The notes under the pieces are model-generated. The model was not told where the DNA came from, made no database searches, and saw only the letters and a list, made by a program, of their open reading frames with translations. Shown here in pieces: positions 1 to 12,049 of a stretch of 64,000 nucleotides of DNA. Both the position numbers and the translations under genes were made by a program. Source of the stretch: Bigelowiella natans CCMP2755 (taxonomy: Eukaryota; Protista; Cercozoa); assembly GCA_000320545.1 (NCBI GenBank), contig ADNK01000157.1, positions 62,001-126,000 of the forward strand, given 5' to 3'. Position 1 is the first letter of the stretch; every line of letters starts with the position of its first letter.

Positions 1-156
1 TACATCATCCAACAGAGAGAGCAGCCTAGTCACCAATCTCTGCAACTTACAAAAAACCCTGAGTAAGGGTAACCGAAAACACATTATCTCCAACGAAATG
101 ATGGGAACCTTCTCCTCAATCGGAGACTGCTGCTGCTTTAATTCACCCTCTTCCAT
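1..156 (-). CDS. Possible 5' end of a spliced gene running off the left edge (MEEGELKQQQSPIEEK | RLVTRLLSLLDDV...)
   Basis: ATG at 156, in-frame GT donor after EEK, downstream AG-bounded open exon; divergent from the gene at 487 like the other head-to-head pairs. Too short to identify. Confidence 0.3.
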   Translation of the reverse strand, partial: MEEGELKQQQSPIEEKVPIISLEIMCFRLPLLRVFCKLQRLVTRLLSLLDDV

Positions 157-486
157 TGGTCTAATTGGGATCAGTCTCCAACGCTCTCCTCGCCGCCCCC
201 GGTTCCCTTCTTTTAGCAGACAGCATGCATTGGGCAGCTAAGCGACGCCGCCCCTGCAGAGTGCTCCTTTACTCCTTCGCGAGGAGTATTTTTGTTTGTT
301 GTTCCTTACGATAAAACCTGCACAATAATAATTCTACCCACGACGACGGGCGGACGTGCTTCAGAAACTCATTCATAAGATATTTTACCGTCGTTTTTTT
401 TTCTTCTTCTTCTTCTTCTTCCAACAACAACAACAACAACAACAACAACAAGTCGCAAGGAGCACCTACATCGTCGGACCCGAACG

Positions 487-1060
487 ATGCCCTCCTCACT
501 GGTGCGATGCTGTGTTGTGAGTGTCTGTGCGTGTTTGCGTGTTTGCGTGTGCTCATCATGTAGGAATCTGAGTGGGAAAATACTGTGGTTTGCTCTCTCT
601 TATCTTAGACGAAGGGGGGGCGAGGACCCAAGAATGTACACCGGGGTGACCGATACGACCAAAATTCATTCGACCAGAATCTCCAGGACGAAATATATCA
701 AATGACCTATGCAGCTCATGCTACTGAAATGAAAAACAAGGAGGAGGATCTCAAGGAGCTCGAGGGATTTCGACAGGCTCGCTCCACGGCCGGGGTGATG
801 ATCTTCATGAACTTCTTTTGTTTTGTTCGTACCTAATCGAAGGACTGTGTGGCATGCGACAATTTGAGCAGCTTCAATACTTAATGACCATCTCTAAGCA
901 CGAAATATTCTCTATCCTGTCAAAAATGCAAATCAGCTACAGGTTGACGAAGGAAAGAGACAGCAAACGAAGAGCACTGTCGCCAGCATAAAGCTGGCTC
1001 CAACGAAGACAAAGGAGAAGGAGATGCCTACGGTTGTAATTTATACACACCACACACACA

Positions 1061-1104
<44 letters not shown>

Positions 1105-1644
1105 ATTTGTGTTCAAATATCGGCTGTTCAACTTGAACTGTGTAAAACTGTTGGTACAGGTAGTTGTTGTGACGAAGAAGAAGAAACGAAAGCGCGGAGA
1201 CGTAAGATATCCACCTTCACGTCCAACCATAGACTAGGATTTCATGTCTTGGTTCGAATGATTTCCAAGTCGTCTATTCAGTGTACAGAACTTAACCACG
1301 TGGGGGAGCTTCTTCATGATATTGTTTATGGTGGTATGCAGAAGAAAAAGAAAAAGCTAAAAAAACAAAAGAAGGACAAGACCGCTGCAACCAGTAAAAC
1401 GGAATCACAGGAGAACGCGCTCGCTAGTCTTTTAAATGGGTCATACACTCATTTTGAGTTTATCGTGAATACACGGATGTACATTACAAAGCAATGGAGT
1501 GTTTGTTTCACATATCCCTCACCCCCTTAACAATGATATATAAATATTATATATTTAACCAAATAATAATAAGCGCCTGTCTGTCAGCCAAAGTAATTTT
1601 TACCTTATATCGTCAGGTATGAGGATTCTGGCGACGACGAGTAA
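487..1644 (+). CDS. Small multi-exon Lys-rich, probably nuclear protein; weak resemblance to the FAM192A/PSME3IP1 (NIP30) type
   Basis: GT-AG exons join in frame: MPSSL|TKGGRGPKN...KEEDLKELEGFRQARSTAG|VDEGKRQ...|VVVVTKKKKRKRGD|KKKKKLKKQKK...ALASLLNG|YEDSGDDE*; stop at 1642-1644. Confidence 0.55.
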
Positions 1645-2453
1645 TAAATTAAACGATCGACAGTATACCTGTCGCTTGTACGCACTCACATTTTCCTCTA
1701 CTTCCGGCACATCACATGCAATCGCTAACAATTCAAGGCATCAATATCCGGCTGGGTGCGGATATAATACTAGCGTGCTTTATAAAATTCACAGTCAGAG
1801 TAGTTCAAAATTCTAATACATCAATTTTGATGCTCGAGCTATGATCCGTGCTTCTTCGTCTACATGTATTAAATACATCTGCCATGTGACGAGCAGCGAG
1901 CCAGCACATAGTTTACTACGTGCTCCTGCAGTGTGCAATCGAGTGTCAATGACCGTGTTATGTATCGTACTATAAAAGCGGGCAGCATACAGTAATGCGC
2001 TAGTTAATACCGCTCTGTATCTAGAGATCATTCTGGCTAGGCTGGTTAGCTGCACATAACATAAAACGCAAGGTGCACACAAATAAGCGCATGCTGTGTG
2101 CGCACTGCGGCACTTGTATTTTTGAAAGGTTCACAGGTAGGGAGAGCATAGCTGAAGCAGTGGCATTGGTAGATGATAGCCTAGATATATGCAATGCATG
2201 CGTGCACCACGATATTATTGTTATGCTATAGCAACGCTTTTCATGTCCAAATGAGAGGATATACGGGTTTCGACTTAGACATTGAAGGGGGATAGATAAA
2301 TCGTATGTGGCATGACTAGTATGAGTGAGAGGTACGAAAAGTGCAAATCGGAGCATTTAAGCGCATATGCTATGCATCCAAACAGACACACTGTGCCAGT
2401 GTTTTGCTTCCTCACCCGTTTCATTTCAGAGATCCCCCAAATTAGATGGACAA

Positions 2454-5106
2454 TTAATCAACAATCTTTCCACCGAAATCCAGATTTATACTGATTGCCC
2501 CTCTTTGCATCACCTTAGCTTTCTCCTGATAATAGTGCTCATGAAGATCCCCCTGAATCACACCATTAATTACATTTTATTAGATTCATGCTGAGAAGTG
2601 CAAGGTTTCAGAGAGTACGTGAGCCTTACTTCTGACAGCTTGTTGAAAGTTAAATACGCAAGACGTCGCCAACCGTCAGTTTTGTTTCCTTCCGAACGAT
2701 GAGGAAGGTACCTATGAAAAGCAGAATCAAGTAAACACCAAATGAGTTGTTCTCAAAGCGGATCGGTTGTTAGTGTCGGGACATACGAATCGAACAATAC
2801 GATGTCCCCCGGTTGCACGAGCACGTCTGAGAACTTGATTTTCTCCTCGATCTCTTTTTTCATTACGCCTGATCAAGGTTGTTTTGTACCCGGAGGGATT
2901 ACGACACGAAACACCCTTTGTGTTGTGAAGCAGAAGACCGTACCGCTCTCATGCGGAAAGATTCCTTCCCTGTGTCTCCCAGGTGCCACTTGTAAACAAC
3001 CGTTTTCAGGAGTTGCTTCGTCAATGGCTACCATCACAGAAACATGGCGCTTGGCTAGGTTTTCGGTTGCGTAGGCGGTCGCATCTTGATGAAGTAAGAA
3101 TCCTAGTTTTATAATCGGATGAGGGAGTGGGGATGCATACACGCGCGGTGAGGTGGAGGTATGCACTTTTATGCTGCCAAGAGATGCTAAATAAACAGGA
3201 CACTCTTCTCATACTGACCTCCTCCACCAGGACCTTTGTAGTTGAGTTTATCCTTGAAAAGGACAACAGTTTCCCGCTCGACCTGGGATAAAGGGTGGGG
3301 TGAGGGAAAATTTATTAGCCGCTGAATGCAGGAGCAGTGGTTGAGGGATTAACACCACCACCACCACTGAAACTCAATGAAGAACTCTTCGATAAAGAAT
3401 CGATAAATCAATCGCAACTACCTGGGAAACGCAATCTTGAACAATTCCAAAACAAAGCTCCCCCCATTTGCTGTGGTGCTTGCAGAAATTTTCGACTCGA
3501 CACAGTCTCTTCGTCGATGTTTCCTTCTCATCAACAAGCTCATGGTGAACAAGCCATGGACCTTGGTCGGGAGGCAGCGATCCTACTTCATCTGCCATCG
3601 TACTGAGCTCTCCAATCTGCCAACAGACCCAGAAAAGTGTGTATTCATCTAGTATATTTCTATTGAAACGTGCTGGACTGTGGCAAAGGTAGTGAAATTT
3701 TTGCTTGATAAAATATTATAACATGTTCCTTTCTGTTCTGTAAAGCAGAGGGGAGGGGGGGAGAGAGAAAGAGAGAGAGAGAGAATGGAAGAGCTAGCCA
3801 ACCTCGTGCTGCTTCAATGCGTTTGGAACAATCAACATGCCATCCTCATCCCATCGTCGCAGCTGTTCTTTCGATAACATGTAGCTGGAGGCAAACGGCG
3901 AAGGAGAATAATCTTGCGATTCCTTGACGATTAGATCTTGGATTGTGGGGAAAAAACTCGAAACGGAGATATCCTGTCACAGCCAAAGCAGAACAAAACA
4001 ATCATCGGGAAGACACTTTATTGTGACCGCTCTCGCTAAAACCTTTGAATTCGGATCTTTTGCAGCCTCATCATAGCTAGACGTTCAATTAGAGAGGGTC
4101 GAGTTAAATATGATGAACTCCCAAGTTGCAAGATCTACTCACGTTCGAAAGCGCAATACTGCATCCCATCGTTCGTCTTTTTCTAGACTCTGAGCCTCCT
4201 CCTAAATGACACCAATTTCCAATATGTTACAGTCGAATGATCAATTTCAAGTAGTGGTATTACAACCTCACTCATAATTCCCCCTTGATGCTTTAAAGTA
4301 GTTTTCGACGCCTCGCTCAGTTTCTCGTAATATCCAGGCTCCCGAAGGCAGAGATATCTGATGCATGCTCAATCTGTGAGAAGAAGAAGAAGTATAGAGG
4401 GCAAGGAGAAAAACTAATATTCGTATGCCATAGGTTATAAATAGTTTGCCAACACCTTTTCGCTGATACATGATGCTTTGTTAAGAATGCAATTGTCGGA
4501 GGTAGTCCCAAATCAAGTATGAAGTCATGGCCGATGCCTTCGTGATCGACGGTTCCACAGCCATCCATCGCAGGCTCATATCCAGCCTTCAAACACCAAA
4601 CGTCAAGCAAAGAGCTGGCTATGTTAAGGGAGTGTGTTGTGGTACTTGGAGATAACAATTTTCGAAAGCAACGGGAGAAGAATTGAGATCATACCATAAA
4701 TTGTGAGCTGCTGTGCATGTTATTCTATATTTTTTCGGCTGCTGGTTTGGGCGTTTGAATTGGTTAACCTCAAGACCGAGGAGATGGCCGATGTCATGAA
4801 GCAGTGCTCCTATGACCACCTCCTCAGTTTCTCCGGCTTCCCGAGCCAGAATGGCTGCTTGGAGGGAATGTTGGGTTATTGAGAGAGGTTCCCCAATATA
4901 ATCCGAGTCCCCGTACCTAAAATTAGCGACGTGCTCTCTGAATATTGGGCATATAGACCACTCTCCTTTTCGTCAGACCGCTCGAAAAGAGACTGGAGTC
5001 TGTCCACCGCTTTACGGGCTGCTCCTGCTCGCTGAGTACTCATCCAACGTAGCCCTCCTCTACGCGCAGCAAGGAAAAACTGGCTTCGAGCAATGGTAGC
5101 CATCAT
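2454..5106 (-). CDS. PhnZ-like HD-domain diiron oxygenase fused N-terminally to a PhnY-like Fe(II)/2-oxoglutarate (PhyH family) dioxygenase, with mitochondrial-type presequence; multi-exon
   Basis: Spliced translation: MMATIARSQFFLAARRGGLRWMST; DYIGEPLSITQHSLQAA; GALLHDIGHLL; DHEGIG; HHVSAKRYLC; LSEASKTTLKHQGG; RFRTYDEAAKDP; then CRVENF, LFKDKLNYKGPGGG, GFLLHQDA, VAIDEATPENGCL, PGDIVLFDSY, LPHRS, RRLAYLTFN; stop at 2454-2456. Confidence 0.9.
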
Positions 5107-5767
5107 TTCCCGGTCGAAAAATGCAGATGATCACGAACTAGATCTACCGGCACACGTACACACTACTCTCTACTTCGGAGAAAAGATAGGAGGGGGGACC
5201 CTAGACGGTTGCACTAATTAAAAAGGAAGGGGAAAATATAATGGCGACAAGCAGGAAATATCTGGTACGAATATTGTAACTTGCGGACAGCCAATCCGAG
5301 GTTTGCGACTCAAGGGACTTCTCGGATCCTTAACGATTTCCCACGATTTCTTACGATTTCTTACGATTTCCTCAGGATTTCACACGATATTTCTCATTTT
5401 GTTAGGAAAATGGGATGCAGTGATGCAGTAGGTAAAAACGGCTTGTCGCAACTATCCAATTGGTTTCGTTCCCGGTCGAAAGTGCTGATTGTGTCTGGGA
5501 GCGAAGGAGAGACGTCGATCGCGTCGAATCTGGAAGTGCCAAATCAGGGACTTGGAAATTGAACGATGCCGTGTGTTCCCTCTCTACGTCTTAATATTTT
5601 CATTGTCGCACGTACAAATTTTACTGGACTTTTGGAACGAGATCGCGCCAGTGACGAAACTTCGTGGCGACTGGCTCTGTGCAGGCAACCTAGTGCGCCT
5701 TCCACGTTCACTGCTTTACGTCGCCTCCTGGCAATCGCACTGAGCATTTTTCTTTTTAAACAGACCC
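5107..5767. promoter_or_regulatory. Bidirectional promoter region between the PhnZ-PhnY fusion and HMG-CoA reductase genes
   Basis: About 660 bp between divergent ATGs; contains a 10-bp-period ACGATTTC array (5331-5393) and two copies of TTCCCGGTCGAAA (5107-5119, 5469-5481). Confidence 0.55.
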
Positions 5768-6220
5768 ATGATGGCATCGTCTGCAAATGCATGCATGCGC
5801 CACCTTCGGTTTTGTGCTACTCCTGTCGGACGTCGATTCATGTCGACTTCTTTCAAGGGCGTCTCAACTAAAGCAACCAAGATGAGCGAAAGTCATCGCC
5901 GCGCTCTCAGTATGTACGGGACAGATGTAGAAGAGAAGTCGCTGAACGCCCTCCTTGGAGCTGCTGACCTGGAACAGCCGGCTGAGATGAAGGAGGTGTT
6001 TGTTATCCTGCGTTTCTGTACCAGCTCTGTTTTACACCAAATACGTACAATTACCACATCATCATTTATGTTGCTATGATTCTGAAGGACTCGACTGGAA
6101 TTCGCAAGAAATTTTCCGGATTTTTCCGCAGGCCACCTCAAGAGAGACGCGAGGTGATTCCATGTGTTTTGAAATGCCATGTCTCTTCCCCGGCACGTAG
6201 CTTAGAAAGACACATACACA

Positions 6221-6259
<39 letters not shown>

Positions 6260-7340
6260 CTAATCTGTTTACCTAAACATACAAAATAATACGACTTTCT
6301 ACCTATTTTACTCAGCTGCTCAATGAGATATTTCCTGAAGTCGACATGGAGCCGCTTTCATCTTCCCTGTCAATGGAGGTAAGTTTATGATACCTACCGC
6401 TGCTGCTGCTGTTGCTGTTTGTTGCGCTGGTAGTGGAAACGGTTACAACAGAAAGTCTTCACTCATTGATTTGACCTTCATCATTCATGCAACGAAACTG
6501 AATTTTACTTCTACTTTGTGATTGTATCCATCTATCCCACCTCCCCCCTTCAAGATTGCAGACCTTATGATTGAGAATGCCATCGGGGGTGTCAGCATTC
6601 CCCTTGGAGTGGCCCCAAACTTTGTCATCAACGGTGGGAAGAGTGATGTGAGGAAGAAGGAGAAGTGGTGTTTGGGGGGGGGGATGGGCTCAGAACGTAG
6701 GAGTAACAGTTGGTACAGTCCGCGTTTTGTAACATCAGCACCAAAAACTCGTATATTCGCATGAGAAGCCATGCTGATAGAACCACGCTATTTAAAACTC
6801 AAAAAAAAATTCCGAGTATGACTCCATTGCTCCTCTTTTAGCGCGGAGCTCATCGCGGCGGCGAATCAGTTCTGTCAGTCCTCAGTGAATAGGGGCGGTG
6901 GCGTTCGCGACATTTATCCAAGGTGGCATCCTTAGTGCACGAGGGGGAAAGACTGCTGCTGGCACTAGGGATTATTACAAGCTTTAAGGAAGAAGAAAGA
7001 AGGGAGAGGAATGAAGGAGACGAGAGAAATAGAAAAGGAGGAAAGAGAGAGAAGCGTGGACCTGCTGGCTGGCTGCTGTCTTTGATGATACCCGTTTGGC
7101 GACTAAATATCCGATCTTTTGTTGTGGCACCTCTAGGTTCATTCTTCCACGAATCGATCCTTCAAGAAATCCGTACGTCGTTGTACACATTGACATTGAC
7201 GTGTGTGAGGCCATGGGAGCCAACATCGTCAACACAGTTGCGGAAGGTAAATGATGATGCGTAGGATATGAATACGAAGATTTCGTTGGCTAGGGAGACA
7301 AAACGGGACGGGCAACGTCATCATCATCATTGCCATCATT

Positions 7341-7373
<33 letters not shown>

Positions 7374-9053
7374 GTAATCGTCATCGTCACCATCACTACC
7401 ACCACGTCACGCTTAGGAGTTGCGCCGCGCATTGCCGACCTGGTTGGGGGAAGGTATTTGGAAGATAAAACTGTAGCGAGCTCTGCTTATCATCATCATC
7501 GTCGTCATCATCATTTTCGACATCATCATCGTCCAATATCATCACCATTCCCAAATAATCAAACAAACTCATAACACGTACTACTACCCTCAAAGGCCAG
7601 CTCTCCGTATCCTCTCCAACCTATGCTTAAAAAGGCGCTCTGCAGCGGCGTTCAGGTGCGAGCAAATGGGGGGATCCCCCCGCGTATAAAATCTTCAATG
7701 ATGTCTTCGTTTTGCTGATAAAATCCAAACGCCCCCCCCCCCTTCTCGTCTAGATTGCCGTTCGACGCTTTGAAGTGGAAAGGTGTTGAAGGAGGTAAGC
7801 CGTCTTGGGATAGTTTTTGTTTCTTTGAGCGAGTTGTTCGATGGTCACTTCCTGACTATTGAGAGAAACTTGGGAGGAAGTAGGACATGAGTGCTACGTT
7901 CGTCACGGCGTTGTCGAGATGGCTTATGGTGATGATGCGTTGGTAGTGACTGTGCTGTTGCGTGCCGCGCTGCTGTTGGCCGTTCTCTGTCTGCATTTAC
8001 AACAGAAACGGTGGCTGAAAGGGTCATCGAGGCTTATCATTTCGCTGAGGACGATCCGTACGAACACGGCGACAAGCACAAAAACACAATTGCATGCATG
8101 TATAATGACGGAGGAGTGCGAACGATTGACGAGACTGCACGAGCGTGAAAAAACACAACAGAAGAAGAAGAAGAAGAAGAAGAACGCATAGGAAAGGGAG
8201 GATGAGTAGTTACAGCGAATGAGAGAATAAGATGACGGCGTCTATGTTAATGCATGGGGTCTACCATTATGCGACACCGTGTGTGGGTGGATGGATGCGC
8301 GTTGTGCTGGGTATGAGGGGAAAATTTTCTTTTTCTGTCCTCCCCATTACTGTTCCCTCCTTATTATTATTATATGACGCACTTTGCTTCTTCTTCTTCT
8401 TCTTCTTCTTCTTCTTCGCCATCAGATACCGAGCTGCAACGCACAACAAAGGGGTCCTGAATCAATCGAACATGATGATGCTGTGTGTGTGTGTGTGTTT
8501 GCGTGCGGGCCGAGTGCTTACGACGACGACGACGACGATAGTGTTTCTTCCGAAGAAGATAACAATTGTGAAAATGGGGGTTGATGATGATCTGTTACGT
8601 GTTTGTGTGTGTGTGTAAAGGTTATGAACGGAATCGATTCAGCCGCCATTGCCATGGGCCAGGTGCTATTTAATTAACAATAAATAGCACAAGAAGTTTC
8701 TACGCTTCTATCGCCTTGTCAATTCTATACGCACGACATTTTTGTATGTGTTCTGTTTCTCCTCTCCTGCCCCCCCCCCCCCCCTTCCCCTCCCCTCCCC
8801 TCCCACACCCGTATCACCGAACTCTGTTATCATCGTAATTCAGGACTGGAGGGCGATCGAAGCCTCGTGCCATGCTGCAGCTGCGATGGGGGTGGGTCGG
8901 AGGAATGCTTCCTCGTCATCAAGCGTGCTGTAGAGGAGCAATCTTAGCCAAATTCGTGCAGCGAAGCAAAGCAAATTGAGAGGGGAGAGGAGAGGGATGT
9001 GAAACGTATCTCTGCTCGCCGCATTCAAATAGTGGTGTATTCGTTACATGTGC

Positions 9054-9092
<39 letters not shown>

Positions 9093-9947
9093 CGCGCGCG
9101 CGTCTGTTAGGAAAATATCCGAGCATTTTGATGCCCGATAAACATCGTATCTTCCGCGTGTCTTCTGAATGTGTTGTCTCTACCGATATGCCCCTTTGTG
9201 AGCAGGGCTCCTATGGATCGATGACCAAATATACTATGGAGGTGCGTGATTGTAGCGAATGAAATATAGAATGAGAGAGGCACAGCAGCCAAAAGCCTTC
9301 AGATTACACACAGAAAGGCTTATGTCCATGATGCTTTGGAAAGCTTTGGGGTCAAAACAACGATATTTATTTACATATAAGGGGCATGTGGTAGAAGCCA
9401 CGATGCGTGCTAAATGATAGTGATGGTGAGGGAGGTGATAAGGATGATGGGATCATGATCATCAACTTGAATCATTGACATCATAAGCTCCGTCGTCGTC
9501 GTCGTCATCTCTACATCATCATTATCATCATCACCATCATCATCATCATCATTATCAAAGGATGGACACCTAGTGGGAAAGCTCGAGATGCCTATGGCAT
9601 GTGGATCCAAGGGAGGGGCTCTTACCACCCACCCCCTCTACAAGCTCACACATAAGATTCTCGGTAGCTCAATATTTTTCATACAACAACATACTTCTCT
9701 CTGTCTCTCTCTGCCTCTCTCTGTCTGTCTGTCTCTCACCCCTGCTTGTTCTGTACCTCTTCCCTCCTCGTTTCGTCGCCAAGTGGTTAGAAAATGATGA
9801 TACCGTTATTTCGTCGAGTTAGGGGTCGTCTTCTGACCCCACATTTTCCCCGGATCATCAAATGTTGTCAGGTTATCCAGACGCGCAAAAGATCTGCCAG
9901 ATACTGGTCGCTGTTGGCCTCGCGCAGGTATGGTTACTCTATTTTTA

Positions 9948-10014
<67 letters not shown>

Positions 10015-10859
10015 TGGGTGGGTGTGATAATATGCTGGGCGCGGTGTGCAGCATCAACATGCTCAATCTCCTCCTGATGATGACCTCGAACAGAACTTCG
10101 CCGCCATCCGCGCTCTAGCAATAGAAGGGATTCAGAAAGGCCACATGAATCTTCACGCAAGGTGTCGTTTTGTTGCAGCAGCAGTAGTAGTGGTGGAAGT
10201 AGGAGTATAGCACGGAGTAGCGGTCACGAGCAAGAGATAACGGTGGTTTTGGACGGGAAGGGTGCTGCGGGGATGGGATAACAACACGCCGTCCGTCACA
10301 CACTTGTTATAGTTGTTTGTCAAGCTTTTCGCGAGAGAGCAAACTCTCGGCTTGCAGCTGCGACACATGGTAAGTTTGATACCTCCTTATCCTCCCCCCC
10401 CCCCCCCCCCTCTTCTTCCTCCTCCATTCTCAAGGAACATCTGCTTGAACGCGGGGGTCCCCAACGAGGTGGGTGCACGGACGTCTGGCCGTCGCTGAAT
10501 ATATGAACGCACACGCACAATGATGAGTAGCCCATGCATACGTGAATATCAACTTAATTCCCATAACCGCTGATTGCATCCTCATTTACCATGTTTCTAT
10601 ATGTTTTATCCTTCTTGTCCCCATCCCTTCGAATCATCAACTTCTTCATCGTCATTTTCATCATGCGGATATCATCACCGTTACCATCATCACCACCATC
10701 ATCACCATCATGATCATCATCACCATCATCATCTTCATCATCATCATCGTCATTATCAAATAATCTACTCAGCTCGTGGACGAATGTAGAGAATACATGA
10801 CCCTCAAGAAGAAGTGGGATACCGCCACCGCCGAAGAGTTCTTGAGCAACCACAAGTAG
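5768..10859 (+). CDS. Class II (bacterial MvaA-type) HMG-CoA reductase with mitochondrial-type presequence; many small exons; the EEPS-containing segment is not found in this sequence
   Basis: Exons encode [114 protein letters not shown]; stop at 10857-10859. Confidence 0.9.
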
Positions 10860-12049
10860 AGCAATGCCATGGCATAATAAATGTGCGCGTTGTTTCCAAT
10901 ATATCATAGGAATAACTTAGAAAAATATATCTTAATATGGAAAAGGGCATTAGGCATTACAAGCATGCCACGCGACGGTGTGAATGCTGCAGTGCAACGC
11001 TGCGTTGCGCACTCGCATGCGTGCATGAGCGTATCCTCCAGTGCGCGAAATAACAAATAATAACGTCACTTCTTATAGAGATAGGTAAGAGTGTCACATC
11101 ATACATAGTTCTACTACAGCTGCATGTGCTTGCAGGTGGCTGTCGCTTAGGTCTAAGAACGCTATGCGGCTATATGGGGCGTTTAACACTATGCTACTTA
11201 TCACCGTAGCTAAACGCGGCATCGCATGAAAATATCTCCATCATGTGGCGGCACATGTAAGCACAATAAGAACAGACACAGCATAACACAGTGCGTCTAC
11301 ATATAGCTATATTTACTGAGTTATAAGGTGTCTATGCATGGCAACAATGATAGCATAGAGACACGTATGATAGCTATAAGTTCACTTAACATTGTCAGTA
11401 GGTCTCTTTTCCATATGTAACAATAGATTAGTATATATTACATGTATCAGCATGCAGGCCTGCCACAACTTGTTGACAAAAGGTTGTTCACTTTTGGATG
11501 GTTTCAGGTGCACGTCGCAGCAAAGCCTGCGGTTTACCGGCAAAATTGCAACTTGGCACGCAGTTCAGCTGTGCGATCGATCATCACTCGCTCGAGTCGA
11601 CACGATGATGATCGGAGCTGATTCTTGTTCTGTTTGAAGTTGCACGACTGTTTGCACGACGTTCGCACGCAACGATCTTTTGTGTGATGATTTGCACGGA
11701 CTTTTCAATCGAGCTGTGCACGAGGTGGCACACTGCTGGACTGTGCAATGCACGTCATCTGACCTGGTGCAAGCGACAAACACGTTCGCACCACAAACCA
11801 AATGACGCATTGTGTGCTTGAGCTTTCTAGCTTTGATTCTTGTCATGTGAATGTGTGCACATGATGTGGGTGACGGGTCATGGTGGAGCAAACTCGATGC
11901 ACACACATGACGCTGACGATGGTTCTTCAAAGCATGTTCACGTTTGGTTCAATGACTAGATCACTCGGGACTGTTTCGTCGCGTGCATGATGCTGTCTGT
12001 GCTGTCCTGTAGCTGTCGATGCTGTGAGAGCGGATCGCTCTCTAGCTCT

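Noticed and set aside
5331-5393. Short repeat array considered as CRISPR-like
   Set aside because: 10-bp period with no unique spacers and no cas genes; eukaryotic context.
7268-10789. Poly-His, poly-Met and poly-Ile ORFs in the ORF track
   Set aside because: Translations of intronic (CAT)n microsatellites within the HMGR gene.
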